Of a stretch of DNA of 63,792 bases, positions 8,061-18,179 are shown in pieces. Every line of letters starts with the position of its first letter. Position 1 is the stretch's first letter. The translations under genes were made by a program, and so were the position numbers. Origin of the DNA: Chloroflexota bacterium (GTDB lineage: Bacteria; Chloroflexota; Anaerolineae; Anaerolineales; Villigracilaceae); NCBI GenBank assembly GCA_039932795.1, contig JBDTPH010000264.1, positions 1 to 63,792 of the forward strand. The letters are read 5' to 3'. The notes beneath the pieces are model-generated. The model was given only the letters and a program-made list of their open reading frames with translations, searched no databases and had not been told where the DNA came from.

Positions 8061-9455
8061 CTAAATTTCCACGCTCGAATGCAGCTCTGGATAGTACACA
8101 TCATGCATATTCTGAACCTTTAGCTTTTCAGTCAGCGCTGCCGCAGGGCCGGCTTCACCGTGCACAAGAAAAATCTTCTTGACGGTACTTTTGACATTCA
8201 CTGCGTATTTCGTTAGCAAATCCTGGCCACCATGCCCGGATAACCCGCCAATCGTGGCGATCTCTGCATTGACCGTGTAGGGCTCACCAAAAATCCTGAT
8301 CTGCTTTTCACGATCTGCGAGCCGCCTACCCAGCGTATGCGGAGCCTGCCAGGAAACAATACAGACTGTGTTTTTCGGATCCTCTATATTATTTTTGAGA
8401 TGATGCAGAATGCGTCCTGTCTCTGCCATGCCTGAAGCGGAAATGATCACCATCGGGTCGTTGCGCAGGTTCAGCGCTTTCGATTCCTCAACGGACTGAA
8501 CGTAGGTCAGCAGCTTGAAATCCAAAGCCGGGTGCTGGGCCTGCTGTACAAACCAGCGCGTCTCGTTATCAAAACATTCGGGGTGTTTTTTGAATACCGT
8601 CGAAGCATTGACCGCAAGCGGGCTGTCTACAAATACCGGCACGGGCGGGACATCATTGGCGAACATCATCATATTGAGATGATAGACCAATTCCTGAGTG
8701 CGCCCAACAGCGAAGGCGGGGATGATCACCTTGCCACCGCGTTTTACCGTGCGCCTGACGATATCCTCAAACTCTTCAAAGGCAAGGCTGGGGTCTGCAT
8801 GCGGCTTATCGCCATAGGTGGATTCCATCAAAAGATAATCGACGTTCTCCGGCAAAACAGGATCTCGCAACAATGGCAGTTTATAACGGCCAATATCGCC
8901 TGAAAACCAAAACCGGATCTTTCGCCCCTTTTCTTCAATCTCCAGAGAGACAGCCGCAGAACCTAGTATATGTCCTGCTTCGATAAAACGGGCAACGACT
9001 CCGGGCACTGGAACAAAAGGTTCGTCATAGTCCAGCGGGTGAAAAAGTTGTGCAGTTCGCTCGGCATCACGCTGAGTATATAAAGGCTCGATCGCCTCTT
9101 CATCACGCGCCAGACGCTTCTTATTAACATACTCCGCATCCGATTCCTGTATGCGTCCTGAATCAGCGATCATGATCGTCGCCAGGTCAACCGTGGCACG
9201 CGTGGCATAGATCGGCCCCTCATAGCCATTCTTGACAAGGTTGGGCAGGTTACCGGCATGATCAATATGTGCATGGGAGAGGATTACAGCATTCACTTTG
9301 CGCGGATCATGAGAGAAGTTGAGGTTTCGTTCGTAGGTTTCAGCCCGCCGCCCCTGGTACAGCCCACAATCCAGCAGGAGACGATGACCATTGATCTCCA
9401 GTAAGTGCTGGCTTCCAGTCACAGTCTGAGCTGCGCCGTGAAAATTGATCCGCAT
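8061..9455 (-). CDS. beta-CASP MBL-fold RNA-metabolising hydrolase
   Basis: SHAHIDH, AGHILGS, MESTYG, AVGRTQE, SGH motifs. Confidence 0.93.
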   Translation of the reverse strand: MRINFHGAAQTVTGSQHLLEINGHRLLLDCGLYQGRRAETYERNLNFSHDPRKVNAVILSHAHIDHAGNLPNLVKNGYEGPIYATRATVDLATIMIADSGRIQESDAEYVNKKRLARDEEAIEPLYTQRDAERTAQLFHPLDYDEPFVPVPGVVARFIEAGHILGSAAVSLEIEEKGRKIRFWFSGDIGRYKLPLLRDPVLPENVDYLLMESTYGDKPHADPSLAFEEFEDIVRRTVKRGGKVIIPAFAVGRTQELVYHLNMMMFANDVPPVPVFVDSPLAVNASTVFKKHPECFDNETRWFVQQAQHPALDFKLLTYVQSVEESKALNLRNDPMVIISASGMAETGRILHHLKNNIEDPKNTVCIVSWQAPHTLGRRLADREKQIRIFGEPYTVNAEIATIGGLSGHGGQDLLTKYAVNVKSTVKKIFLVHGEAGPAAALTEKLKVQNMHDVYYPELHSSVEI

Positions 9456-9456
9456 A

Positions 9457-10584
9457 TCAACCTCCGAGGATTTTCAGGATTTGCGTTCCGAACTGCTGGA
9501 AACGCCAGGGCGAATCTCCAAGTATCAACTTTAACTCAGCCGGGTTCTTTGGAGGATTTTCCGCCAGTGGATTGAGATAAACTTTTGGAAGGATGACGTC
9601 TGACTCAACGCCCAATTCCTTTGCGAGAGTCTTTCTCCAGTTTTTGAGTTTCTCCAGCCGCCTGAGCATCGCTTCATTCGGACGCCTGACTTGTTCCCGT
9701 GTAATCAGCGGAGCTTCGACCCCGCGCCGGGCTGCAGCCAGGATCTGGCCTCCCCACAACCGGATCTGTTTCGGACTTAGACCAATACCTGCCAGGTCAA
9801 CATCCTTTTCAGGCCGGTTGCGGGCGATGGAGAGCAATGTGTCATCATCCAACACCTTGAATGGTGGACGATCCATCTGCTCCGCGATCCGATCACGGAA
9901 ACCGCACAACTCACCCAATATCGTCAATTCACGAGTGGACACGTCCTTGCGAGCACTGAACCGTCGCCACGAGGCGCCGTTCACCTTTTCCCTGGGAAGT
10001 TCAACTTTACAGGCACGAGCAAAATCCTCACATGCCAGTTGCAATCGTCCTTTGTGCTCCAGTTCCTTTTCAAGGATGTCACGCAACTCGAAAAGATAAT
10101 GGGTATCGAAACGGGCATAATCAATCTGAGCGGCGGTTAGTGGCCTTGCACCCCAATCCGCTTTTTGGTGGCGCTTATCCACTTTTATGTTCAATTTTTC
10201 GGCAAGCATGTTATCAAGCCCCACAAACGGGTAGCCGAGCACGCGCGCCGCATACATGGTATCGAAAAGGTTTATAAATTCAAAACCAAAATCACGTTTC
10301 AAACAGAGCAGATCATACTCTGCGGCATGGAATATCTTTTCGATCTTTGGGTTGCTGAAAAGTGGAGCGAGCGCACTCAAATCTTCGAAGACAAATGGAT
10401 CCAGGAGGTAATCGGTTTGGGGAGTTGAAAACTGTACGAGACATACCTGCTCACGAAAGGCATGCAAGCTGTTCGATTCAGTGTCCACTGCTATGCAGGG
10501 TTGTACCGATAAATCTGCAACCATATTCTTGAATGAGGCGGGCCGATCAACCCAGATCGGTGGCGGTAATAGTTCAGAGGTCAT
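9457..10584 (-). CDS. rnd: ribonuclease D (DEDD exonuclease with HRDC domains)
   Basis: AVDTE, HAAEYD, DWGARPL, YARFDT; C-terminal HRDC-like repeats. Confidence 0.9.
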   Translation of the reverse strand: MTSELLPPPIWVDRPASFKNMVADLSVQPCIAVDTESNSLHAFREQVCLVQFSTPQTDYLLDPFVFEDLSALAPLFSNPKIEKIFHAAEYDLLCLKRDFGFEFINLFDTMYAARVLGYPFVGLDNMLAEKLNIKVDKRHQKADWGARPLTAAQIDYARFDTHYLFELRDILEKELEHKGRLQLACEDFARACKVELPREKVNGASWRRFSARKDVSTRELTILGELCGFRDRIAEQMDRPPFKVLDDDTLLSIARNRPEKDVDLAGIGLSPKQIRLWGGQILAAARRGVEAPLITREQVRRPNEAMLRRLEKLKNWRKTLAKELGVESDVILPKVYLNPLAENPPKNPAELKLILGDSPWRFQQFGTQILKILGG

Positions 10585-10650
10585 CAGTTGTCATTATATC
10601 CCACTACCGTAAAGCAACAACAATTTATCCCTGCCCATGTCTTCCTAGTG

Positions 10651-11088
10651 TTACCTGCTTAATATCTTTTCCATCACCAGCCCATCTTCGCCATCGTTAT
10701 AATATTTTTTCCAGATCTCCGCGGTTCGATAGCCCTCCTTTTGGTACAGCGCGATGGCCCGATCATTCGAAATGCGGACAGTCAGCTTCGAGCGGGGGAA
10801 TTGCATCTGCTGTTCACAGGCACGCAACAGGGCGCGCCCGATGCCGCGTCCCTGATAGAGTGGATCCACCCCGAGCGTAGCGATCCAGGCCACGCCTTCG
10901 GCTGGGCGCGGGTCGCTGGCGACGAATCCCACCATTTCGTTATCCTGCACGGCCTTCAAACGGATCACGTCCGACCAGCTCAAGACAGCTACAAGGTCAA
11001 AAATGGACCAGGCATCCTTTTCAAAACAGGCACTTTCAAGGCGTCGCAGGGCCCCCAGATCTAACAGGCTTGCAATTTGAATTTCCAT
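10651..11088 (-). CDS. GNAT acetyltransferase (RimI-like)
   Basis: VDPLYQGRGIG, NDRAIALY, YYNDGEDG. Confidence 0.85.
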   Translation of the reverse strand: MEIQIASLLDLGALRRLESACFEKDAWSIFDLVAVLSWSDVIRLKAVQDNEMVGFVASDPRPAEGVAWIATLGVDPLYQGRGIGRALLRACEQQMQFPRSKLTVRISNDRAIALYQKEGYRTAEIWKKYYNDGEDGLVMEKILSR

Positions 11089-11108
11089 ACCTGCAGAATT
11101 GTATCAAC

Positions 11109-11151
11109 AAAAAAAGCAGCAAGCGGAAAAAAATATTTCCGCTTGCTGCTT
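11109..11151 (-). terminator. intrinsic terminator of the nfeD-SPFH operon
   Basis: 16-bp stem AAGCAGCAAGCGGAAA/TTTCCGCTTGCTGCTT with a U tract on the minus strand. Confidence 0.8.
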
Positions 11152-11173
11152 GATCGTATATAGATGAACCCGT

Positions 11174-12067
11174 TTACTTCTTGCCGAGGAAGCCATCCAG
11201 CATGCTTGTGAACTCCATCGGGAAGATATATTTCGTGGATGGGCTCGAGCCAATGGCTTTAAGCGTTTCAAAATACTGCAGCGTCATCGTCCTCTGATCC
11301 ACATTCTTGGCGGCATTGAAGATTGCGTCAAGAGCCAGGGCAAAGCCTTCCGCCCGTAATGATTGCGCCTGGCGTTCGCCCTCTGCGCGCAGGATGTTGG
11401 ACTCACGTTCGCCCTGAGCCGACAGGATCGCAGCCTGCTTGGTACCTTCTGCACGATTGATGGCGGCCTGCTGGTCACCCATTGATTCCGTTACCAGGGC
11501 ACGGCGGATACGCTCGGCGGACATCTGGCGGTTCATCGCATCCTGCACTTCGCGTGGCGGGATGATCTCGCGGATCTCCACGTTGGTCACTTTCACACCC
11601 CAGCGCTCGGTCACTTCATCGAGGCGGGTCCGAAGCATATTATTGATGTGTTCACGTTCTGAAAGCACATCATCCAGTGGGATTCCACCGATCACTGCGC
11701 GCAATGTGGTTGCCGCAATACCAGCGGCAGCCGATTCAAAATTGCCTACCTGCAAAACCGACTCGGTGGGGTCGAGAACCTTGTAATACCACAGGAAGTC
11801 GATCGAGATCGGGGCATTATCCTTCGTGATCGAAGTCTGATGAGGGATCTCACGCACTTGTTCGCGCAAATCCACTTTTACAGCACGGTCGATCACAGGG
11901 ATAAGCAAAACAATTCCGGGACCCTTCGCACCCACGCTTCGGCCGAGCCGAAAGACGACCAGACGTTGATATTCGGGCACGATCCGGATGGCATTGGCTA
12001 AAAAGATAAAGCCAAGAACCAGGATTACGCCAAAAATACATGCAGCACTACCGCCAAGAACTTCCAT
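11174..12067 (-). CDS. SPFH/stomatin-like (slipin) membrane protein
   Basis: N-terminal TM, VVFRLGR, TKDNA, WGVKVTNVEI, AE-rich coiled coil. Confidence 0.93.
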   Translation of the reverse strand: MEVLGGSAACIFGVILVLGFIFLANAIRIVPEYQRLVVFRLGRSVGAKGPGIVLLIPVIDRAVKVDLREQVREIPHQTSITKDNAPISIDFLWYYKVLDPTESVLQVGNFESAAAGIAATTLRAVIGGIPLDDVLSEREHINNMLRTRLDEVTERWGVKVTNVEIREIIPPREVQDAMNRQMSAERIRRALVTESMGDQQAAINRAEGTKQAAILSAQGERESNILRAEGERQAQSLRAEGFALALDAIFNAAKNVDQRTMTLQYFETLKAIGSSPSTKYIFPMEFTSMLDGFLGKK

Positions 12068-12099
12068 TGCAATCTCCTTTACTATATGAATTGATGATA

Positions 12100-12693
12100 T
12101 CAGCCATGTTGCTCTACTTCCAGGACAAATCCATCCCGACGGACCACGCGGACCGAACTGCCCGAGGCGATGGGCTTTTCACTCTTTGCGGACCATAACT
12201 CGCCGGCAACGAGAACACTTCCTTCATCGTTGACATCTGTTCTCGCTTCTCCGATTTGACCGACCAACGCCCCAAGGTCGTGCGACGGCCGAATGCTGGC
12301 GGCCTCGACAGACTTTTGAACAGCGATCCACAAAAAGCCAGCCACCAGCGCGGAGGTCACAACTGCCACCAGAGGGTTGACCACAGGTTGATCTGCTGTA
12401 CGCGGAAACATGAATACCGATCCCACGATCAACAACACGATCGACAGGGCCAGATACATTTCACGTTTTGGTTTTTGCAGGGCATACACAAAGGGAATAA
12501 TACTAAGTGCCAGCAGGGCCAACGCCCACCAGTTGAATGACAGGTTATAGATTGCGTAACCAGCCAGTGCGATGGAGAAGAACGCGCCAATTTCAAATAA
12601 CCCCGTCCCCGGCGTGGCAAGCGCCAGCATTGCCAACAAAACGCCCCCGACAACAAAGAGATACGCAACATTGGGGTCAAGCAAGAAGTCCAT
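12100..12693 (-). CDS. NfeD-family protein
   Basis: Several TM helices; C-terminal OB fold LVGQIGEA...GELWSA; adjacent to stomatin. Confidence 0.9.
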   Translation of the reverse strand: MDFLLDPNVAYLFVVGGVLLAMLALATPGTGLFEIGAFFSIALAGYAIYNLSFNWWALALLALSIIPFVYALQKPKREMYLALSIVLLIVGSVFMFPRTADQPVVNPLVAVVTSALVAGFLWIAVQKSVEAASIRPSHDLGALVGQIGEARTDVNDEGSVLVAGELWSAKSEKPIASGSSVRVVRRDGFVLEVEQHG

Positions 12694-12837
12694 AACTTCC
12701 TCCAGTTCATTATACAACAACACCAGTTGTTTATTCCAATCTATTTACGAATTTCGTCAGGGAAAAGTTGCGAAAGGTATTGTATTTCGAGGCTGTATAA
12801 TTGAGCCGCATTAATCTTCATCGAACAAGGAGCTTGA

Positions 12838-14145
12838 GTGAACTTCCAAAAAATTTGCGTGCTCGGTCTTGGCTATATCGGCCTGCCAACCGCCTCCACT
12901 TTTGCCACCCACGGGTTGAACGTCATTGGGGTCGACGTAAACCCGCGAGTTGTAGACACTCTTCGAAACGGCAACATCCACATCCACGAACCCGGTTTGC
13001 GCACCATTGTGGAAGCCGCACTGAAATCAGGAAACCTGACCGTCTCCCCTGCTCCTGAGGAAGCCGACGCCTTCCTGATCGCGGTCCCAACCCCTTTTTA
13101 TGAAGACCAATATAACGAGTACGAAGGGCGGAAGTACAAACTGGCGGATATGCGCGCTGTGATTTCCGCGGCGGAAGCGATTGTGCCCTGCCTGCGCAAA
13201 GGGAATCTGGTCATCCTGGAATCGACATCGCCACCTCGCACGACCATTGATCTGATCGCCCCCATATTGGAGCGGTCCGGGCTCAGGGCTGGTACCGATT
13301 TCTTCCTGTGCTATTCACCTGAACGCGTGCTGCCGGGGCAGATCCTACGGGAGTTGATCGAGAATGCCCGCGTCATGGGCGGGGTAACGCCCGAATCAGC
13401 CAAAGCCGGGCGTGACCTGTATGCTGTCTTTGTCAAAGGCGACATTATTGAGACAGACTCAACCACTGCCGAGATGGTCAAGTTAATGGAGAACACCACG
13501 CGCGACGTGAACATCGCCATCGCAAACGAGTTTTCACGTCTCGCTGAGAAGTTCGGCGTGGATGTGTGGGAAGCCATCAGCCTTGCAAACCGTCATCCGC
13601 GCATTAACATCCTGAGTCCCGGCCCGGGAGTGGGAGGGCACTGTATCAGCGTGGATCCGTGGTTCTTCGTTGAAACCGCTCCCGAATTAACGCCCTTGAT
13701 CTACCATGCCCGCCAGGTCAACGATGGGCAACCTCCGTTTGTCGTCCAAAAAGTGAAACAGGCAATGGGAGAATTGAAGGATAAAAAGATTGCCGTACTG
13801 GGTCTTGCCTATAAGCCGGATGTGGACGATCTCCGTGAAAGCCCTGCCGCCGAAGTGGTACATTTATTGCAGAAGGAAGGCGCACAAGTGAAAGCGTGGG
13901 AGCCGTTCAAGCCCGGCACAGATATGAAGGGTATCCACATCACCGGCAGCCTCGACACCGCGCTCGCTGACGCAGATGTAATTTTGCTGCTCGTCAAACA
14001 CACTGAGTTCCTGAACCTGGATCCAGGCGAAATAGCCTCCAAGACCAACGCGCGTATAGTGGTGGACTGTGTCAACGGCTGGGATGTGCAGTCATGGAAT
14101 AATGCAGGTTTTAAGGTTTTTCGCCTGGGGGTCAATAAAGTCTAA
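12838..14145 (+). CDS. wecC: UDP-N-acetyl-D-mannosamine dehydrogenase
   Basis: GLGYIGLP, SPERVLPG, GPGVGGHC, KPDVDDLRESP. Confidence 0.9.
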   Translation: MNFQKICVLGLGYIGLPTASTFATHGLNVIGVDVNPRVVDTLRNGNIHIHEPGLRTIVEAALKSGNLTVSPAPEEADAFLIAVPTPFYEDQYNEYEGRKYKLADMRAVISAAEAIVPCLRKGNLVILESTSPPRTTIDLIAPILERSGLRAGTDFFLCYSPERVLPGQILRELIENARVMGGVTPESAKAGRDLYAVFVKGDIIETDSTTAEMVKLMENTTRDVNIAIANEFSRLAEKFGVDVWEAISLANRHPRINILSPGPGVGGHCISVDPWFFVETAPELTPLIYHARQVNDGQPPFVVQKVKQAMGELKDKKIAVLGLAYKPDVDDLRESPAAEVVHLLQKEGAQVKAWEPFKPGTDMKGIHITGSLDTALADADVILLLVKHTEFLNLDPGEIASKTNARIVVDCVNGWDVQSWNNAGFKVFRLGVNKV

Positions 14146-15324
14146 ATGGGAATTCGAAAATTGAAAATCCTCTCTGTATTCGGTACACGACCTGAAGCCG
14201 TGAAAATGGCTCCCATTGTCGGTCACTTGAAAGACATCGCTGAATTCGAGGCGCGTGTCTGTGTTACCGCCCAGCACAGGCAAATGCTCGACCAGGTTTT
14301 GGATTTGTTTCAGATCAAGCCCGATTACGATCTGGACCTGATGCGAGACAACCAATCTCTGGCGCAGTTGAGCGCGTCCATCTTCACCCATCTTGATCCC
14401 ATTCTCGACGAATTCAAACCAGACTGGGTACTGGCAGTCGGTGACACGACAACGGTCGTCATCACCTCTCTGTTAGCGTTCTATCGAAGGATCAAGTTCG
14501 GTCATGTCGAAGCTGGTCTGCGGACTCACAACAAGTGGCATCCGTTCCCTGAGGAGATCAATCGCCGCCTTGCCACTACAACTGCAGATTTGCACTTTGC
14601 GCCAACAGAATGGTCACGCCAGAATTTGCTTCGTGAGAATATCCCAGATGAAACAATTGTTGTCACAGGCAATCCGGTCATTGATGCGCTGACGCATGTC
14701 GCTCAACAGGATGAGCCGCAGGAGATCACAGAATTACTTGAAAAACTGGGAGTGTACGGACGAAAGACGATTGGACGAGAGACCAGAAGACTCATCCTTG
14801 TCACTGCGCATCGACGCGAGAACTTTGGGTTACCCATTGAAAATATCTGTCATGCGATAACAGAGCTTGCGTCAAGAGAGGATGTGGAAATCATTTATCC
14901 CGTCCATCTCAACCCGAATGTGCAGGAACCGGTTCATCGCATATTGAAGAATGTGCCCCATGTCACTTTATTGCCGCCGCTCGATTACCTGCCGCTTGTA
15001 CATCTAATGAAACGGGCAACGCTTATCCTGACCGACTCTGGCGGTATACAGGAGGAGTCTCCAGCGTTCGGCATTCCCGTCCTGGTTCTACGCGAGACGA
15101 CAGAACGGCCGGAGGGCATCAAAGCAGGGACACTCAAGCTGGTTGGGACAGAGATTAGCAACATCGTCCAGGAAGCGACGCGGCTGTTGGAGGATGATGC
15201 TACATATGCGAAAATGGCGCAGGCGGCGAATCCGTTTGGCGATGGCCACGCTGCTGAGCGAATCGTGGATGCCCTACTGAAAACGGTTGACGCTGACCCG
15301 CGTACGGTATTTGAGCACAAGTGA
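14146..15324 (+). CDS. wecB: UDP-N-acetylglucosamine 2-epimerase (non-hydrolysing)
   Basis: GTRPEAVK, HVEAGLR, TAHRREN, DSGGIQEE. Confidence 0.95.
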   Translation: MGIRKLKILSVFGTRPEAVKMAPIVGHLKDIAEFEARVCVTAQHRQMLDQVLDLFQIKPDYDLDLMRDNQSLAQLSASIFTHLDPILDEFKPDWVLAVGDTTTVVITSLLAFYRRIKFGHVEAGLRTHNKWHPFPEEINRRLATTTADLHFAPTEWSRQNLLRENIPDETIVVTGNPVIDALTHVAQQDEPQEITELLEKLGVYGRKTIGRETRRLILVTAHRRENFGLPIENICHAITELASREDVEIIYPVHLNPNVQEPVHRILKNVPHVTLLPPLDYLPLVHLMKRATLILTDSGGIQEESPAFGIPVLVLRETTERPEGIKAGTLKLVGTEISNIVQEATRLLEDDATYAKMAQAANPFGDGHAAERIVDALLKTVDADPRTVFEHK

Positions 15325-15355
15325 CCACCAGTCGAAAATGAGTATAATGAGTCAA

Positions 15356-16306
15356 ATGAACGCAGCCCGGCGTTTTACAGCTTTATTTCTCATTTTGATC
15401 ATCCTGCTCGTTCCACGGGGATCCGCCAGGGCCCAGGGAGCGGACAATGTGCAGCATTTTCCGGAAACGGGCCACAATGTAAAAGGGGAATTTTTGCGTT
15501 TCTACAAGACCGCAGGCAACCCGAGTCTTGTGTTTGGCTACCCAATCACGGAACAAATCACATCCAAAGATGGCAAGGTCGTTCAATATTTTCAACGCGC
15601 ACGTTTTGAACTGCGTGCAGACATGCCACAGGATCAACGCGTTCAACTTACAGCACTTGGGGCAGCAAGCTACAAACCGGGCGGCCAGCAACTTGACATC
15701 AACAATTCGTCGGCATGTAAATTATTTCCAACTGGTTTCCGTGTCTGCTTTGCATTTCTCGATTTTTACGAAGCCAACGGTGGCGCAGCACAATTTGGCA
15801 ATCCAATATCACCGTTTGAGTTCCATGAAAATTTAATTGTTCAATATTTCGAGAGGGCACGATTCGAATGGCGCGCAGACCGGCCTGACAGCCAGCGCGT
15901 GGTGATCAGTGATCTGGGTCGCATGTATTTCGATCAACTCGCCGAGGATCAGACGTACCTTAAGCCGATCAACCCGCTCGACGCGACCATCAGCTCCATA
16001 CTTTCGATCAATGTGCGCGCTTTTGTATCGAAAGCCATTACACTTTCAAGCGGGCAGCAAACGGTATATGTACTCGTTCAGAGTCAAACGCATCAGGCGG
16101 TTTCCAATGCCATGGGTAAAGCGACCATTCGTTTCCCGGATGGCCGCACGGAAGATTATTTTTTCAGCACGAATACTTCGGGGCTTGGAAGCGTCAGTTT
16201 TAAGTTTGCAGATCAAAAGCAAGGGGAACTTGTGCTGGTTGATATTATCGTCACCTATCAAGGTTTTTCAGCAACAACAGCCACGTCCTTCCGTATCTGG
16301 TTCTAA
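15356..16306 (+). CDS. exported protein with Chloroflexota-type FPETGH / GYPITE repeats
   Basis: Signal peptide; repeated GxPI(T/S)...VQYF(Q/E)RARFE modules; start uncertain (15338, 15347 or 15356). Confidence 0.75.
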   Translation: MNAARRFTALFLILIILLVPRGSARAQGADNVQHFPETGHNVKGEFLRFYKTAGNPSLVFGYPITEQITSKDGKVVQYFQRARFELRADMPQDQRVQLTALGAASYKPGGQQLDINNSSACKLFPTGFRVCFAFLDFYEANGGAAQFGNPISPFEFHENLIVQYFERARFEWRADRPDSQRVVISDLGRMYFDQLAEDQTYLKPINPLDATISSILSINVRAFVSKAITLSSGQQTVYVLVQSQTHQAVSNAMGKATIRFPDGRTEDYFFSTNTSGLGSVSFKFADQKQGELVLVDIIVTYQGFSATTATSFRIWF

Positions 16307-16977
16307 ATTTCCCTCAGATCAAAAACGGGGCCATCCTTACAGGCCATTTTCCATCCTGACTTCACAGTCACCGCGCAGACTCCGCATTCGGCTACTCCCC
16401 CACAAGGCATCTGTGTGCGGATCAGGATCTGCACTTCGCTCAAAGCCGATAGCTGGTTCCACTCTCCCAATCTTTCACTCAGCCTCGGCAAACTTTCGCG
16501 TCCGGCATCCAACGCGAGAAAATCTGCCCATCTGAAAATTTCCTCGAGTGCAGATAAAGGCTGGACCTCCACGTCATCGGGCAGGCCGTCCGCGGTGGAG
16601 TCGCAGACCAGCACAACCAATGCATTCTGCTTCAACGCGGGGCGGATGAGTCCCCGCAGACGGGCAGGCGAATCGTCGAAGGCAACCAGCCCGATTTTAC
16701 GGGCGGCGATAGGAAGTATAAAGCCTCGTCCCAATGGACCGCGTACGTAAAGCTCATCACCCGGCTTCCAGGAAGCAGACACGGGTGTGGATGCGATAAA
16801 ACCTTGAGGCGCAGAATCCGTATAAAAAAGTGGAACAGGCAGAAGTGAGTCTGAAGCGTCGCTTGCGAGCAGATATTGGCCCGGGGCCGGGATCAAATTC
16901 GCCGGACAGGAAACGCGCGCGTAGCGACATCCATCTTCCAGAATTAGCTCAAGAACCTGCCCATTTCCCGTATGCAT
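16303..16977 (-). CDS. PyrK-like FAD/[2Fe-2S] electron-transfer subunit
   Basis: PGQY, RGPLGRGF, MPCGGVAECGVC...CKDGPVF. Confidence 0.8.
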   Translation of the reverse strand: MHTGNGQVLELILEDGCRYARVSCPANLIPAPGQYLLASDASDSLLPVPLFYTDSAPQGFIASTPVSASWKPGDELYVRGPLGRGFILPIAARKIGLVAFDDSPARLRGLIRPALKQNALVVLVCDSTADGLPDDVEVQPLSALEEIFRWADFLALDAGRESLPRLSERLGEWNQLSALSEVQILIRTQMPCGGVAECGVCAVTVKSGWKMACKDGPVFDLREI

Positions 16978-17030
16978 ACCGCTATGCTATCATGGCGGTA
17001 TAATAATTTCAACTATGATTCGGAGGAACC

Positions 17031-18065
17031 ATGAATATCGTTGATGTGATTCGCTCATTGGCTGGTTTTGCCTGGCTGGGCGTCGTTGGTTTGGGTGTAC
17101 TTGCGGTTATTCGTGCTGGACGCAACCAAAACGCAAAAGGGATAGGCTCCACTGTTATTGTGGTGCTGGTAATAGCGGTAGTACTGAGTACGTTGGGATC
17201 AGGATTGGTCTATGTGGAATCCAGTGAGAGAGCCGTGGTCCGCACAATTAGAGCGGGCGGCGTTCGCTCGGAACCGCTGGTCCCTGGTTTGCATTGGATC
17301 GTGCCCATTGTCGAACAAACGGTAGCCTACTCGATCTCGAACCAGACCTACACCATGTCCGCTGTCTCAGGTGAGGGCCAGCTCACTGGTGATGACTCGA
17401 TCCGTGCCCGCACAAAAGATGGACAGGAAGTCATCATTGACGCTTCCGTTATTTATCAGATCGACCCGGACAAAGTGGTACCGCTTCACATTGAATGGCA
17501 GAACCGCTATGAGGATGAGTTTGTGCGTCCGGAAGCGCGCGGCATCATCCGTGATGCGATCTCGCAATATGGTGTGGAGGAAGTCGTCTCCACCAAACGC
17601 GTGGAAATCGTCAATATCATCACAGAAGAGATGGGCCGCAGCCTCGCTGAGAACAATTTGCGCCTGCTGGATTTCGTCCTGCGCGATATTCACTTTAGCG
17701 AGGGCTATGCCCAGGCAGTGGAACAGAAGCAGATCGCCGAACAACAGGCGCAACAAGCCGCGCTGACTGTTGAACAGAAGAAGCAGGAAGCCGAACAGGC
17801 CCGCCAGGTGGCACAAGGCCAGGCAGATGCGGCAGTGATCGCGTCAAAAGGTGCCGCGGAAGCGCGTTTGATCCAGGCCGGCGCCGAAGCTGAAGCCAAC
17901 GAACTGCTCGCACAGTCGCTGACTCCTGAATTGGTACAGTACCAATATATTTTGAGACTCGCCCCTGGTGTACAGACGATCTTTATCCCAAGTGGAAATC
18001 AGTTCATTCTTCCATTACCGGGTAGTGCATCCACCGAGCCAACAGAAACGACAGTAACTCCATAG
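17031..18065 (+). CDS. SPFH/prohibitin-family membrane protein
   Basis: Two N-terminal TM segments; PGLHWIVP, AVEQKQIAEQ coiled coil. Confidence 0.9.
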   Translation: MNIVDVIRSLAGFAWLGVVGLGVLAVIRAGRNQNAKGIGSTVIVVLVIAVVLSTLGSGLVYVESSERAVVRTIRAGGVRSEPLVPGLHWIVPIVEQTVAYSISNQTYTMSAVSGEGQLTGDDSIRARTKDGQEVIIDASVIYQIDPDKVVPLHIEWQNRYEDEFVRPEARGIIRDAISQYGVEEVVSTKRVEIVNIITEEMGRSLAENNLRLLDFVLRDIHFSEGYAQAVEQKQIAEQQAQQAALTVEQKKQEAEQARQVAQGQADAAVIASKGAAEARLIQAGAEAEANELLAQSLTPELVQYQYILRLAPGVQTIFIPSGNQFILPLPGSASTEPTETTVTP

Positions 18066-18179
18066 GCTCGAACGAGTTAATATAGATGACCAGTAACCAG
18101 TTGTTCTGGTTGCTGGTCGATTTTTTTGTAGAACCTTGCAAAGGTTCCATACCCTACGAAGGTTGCCACGAGAGAAACC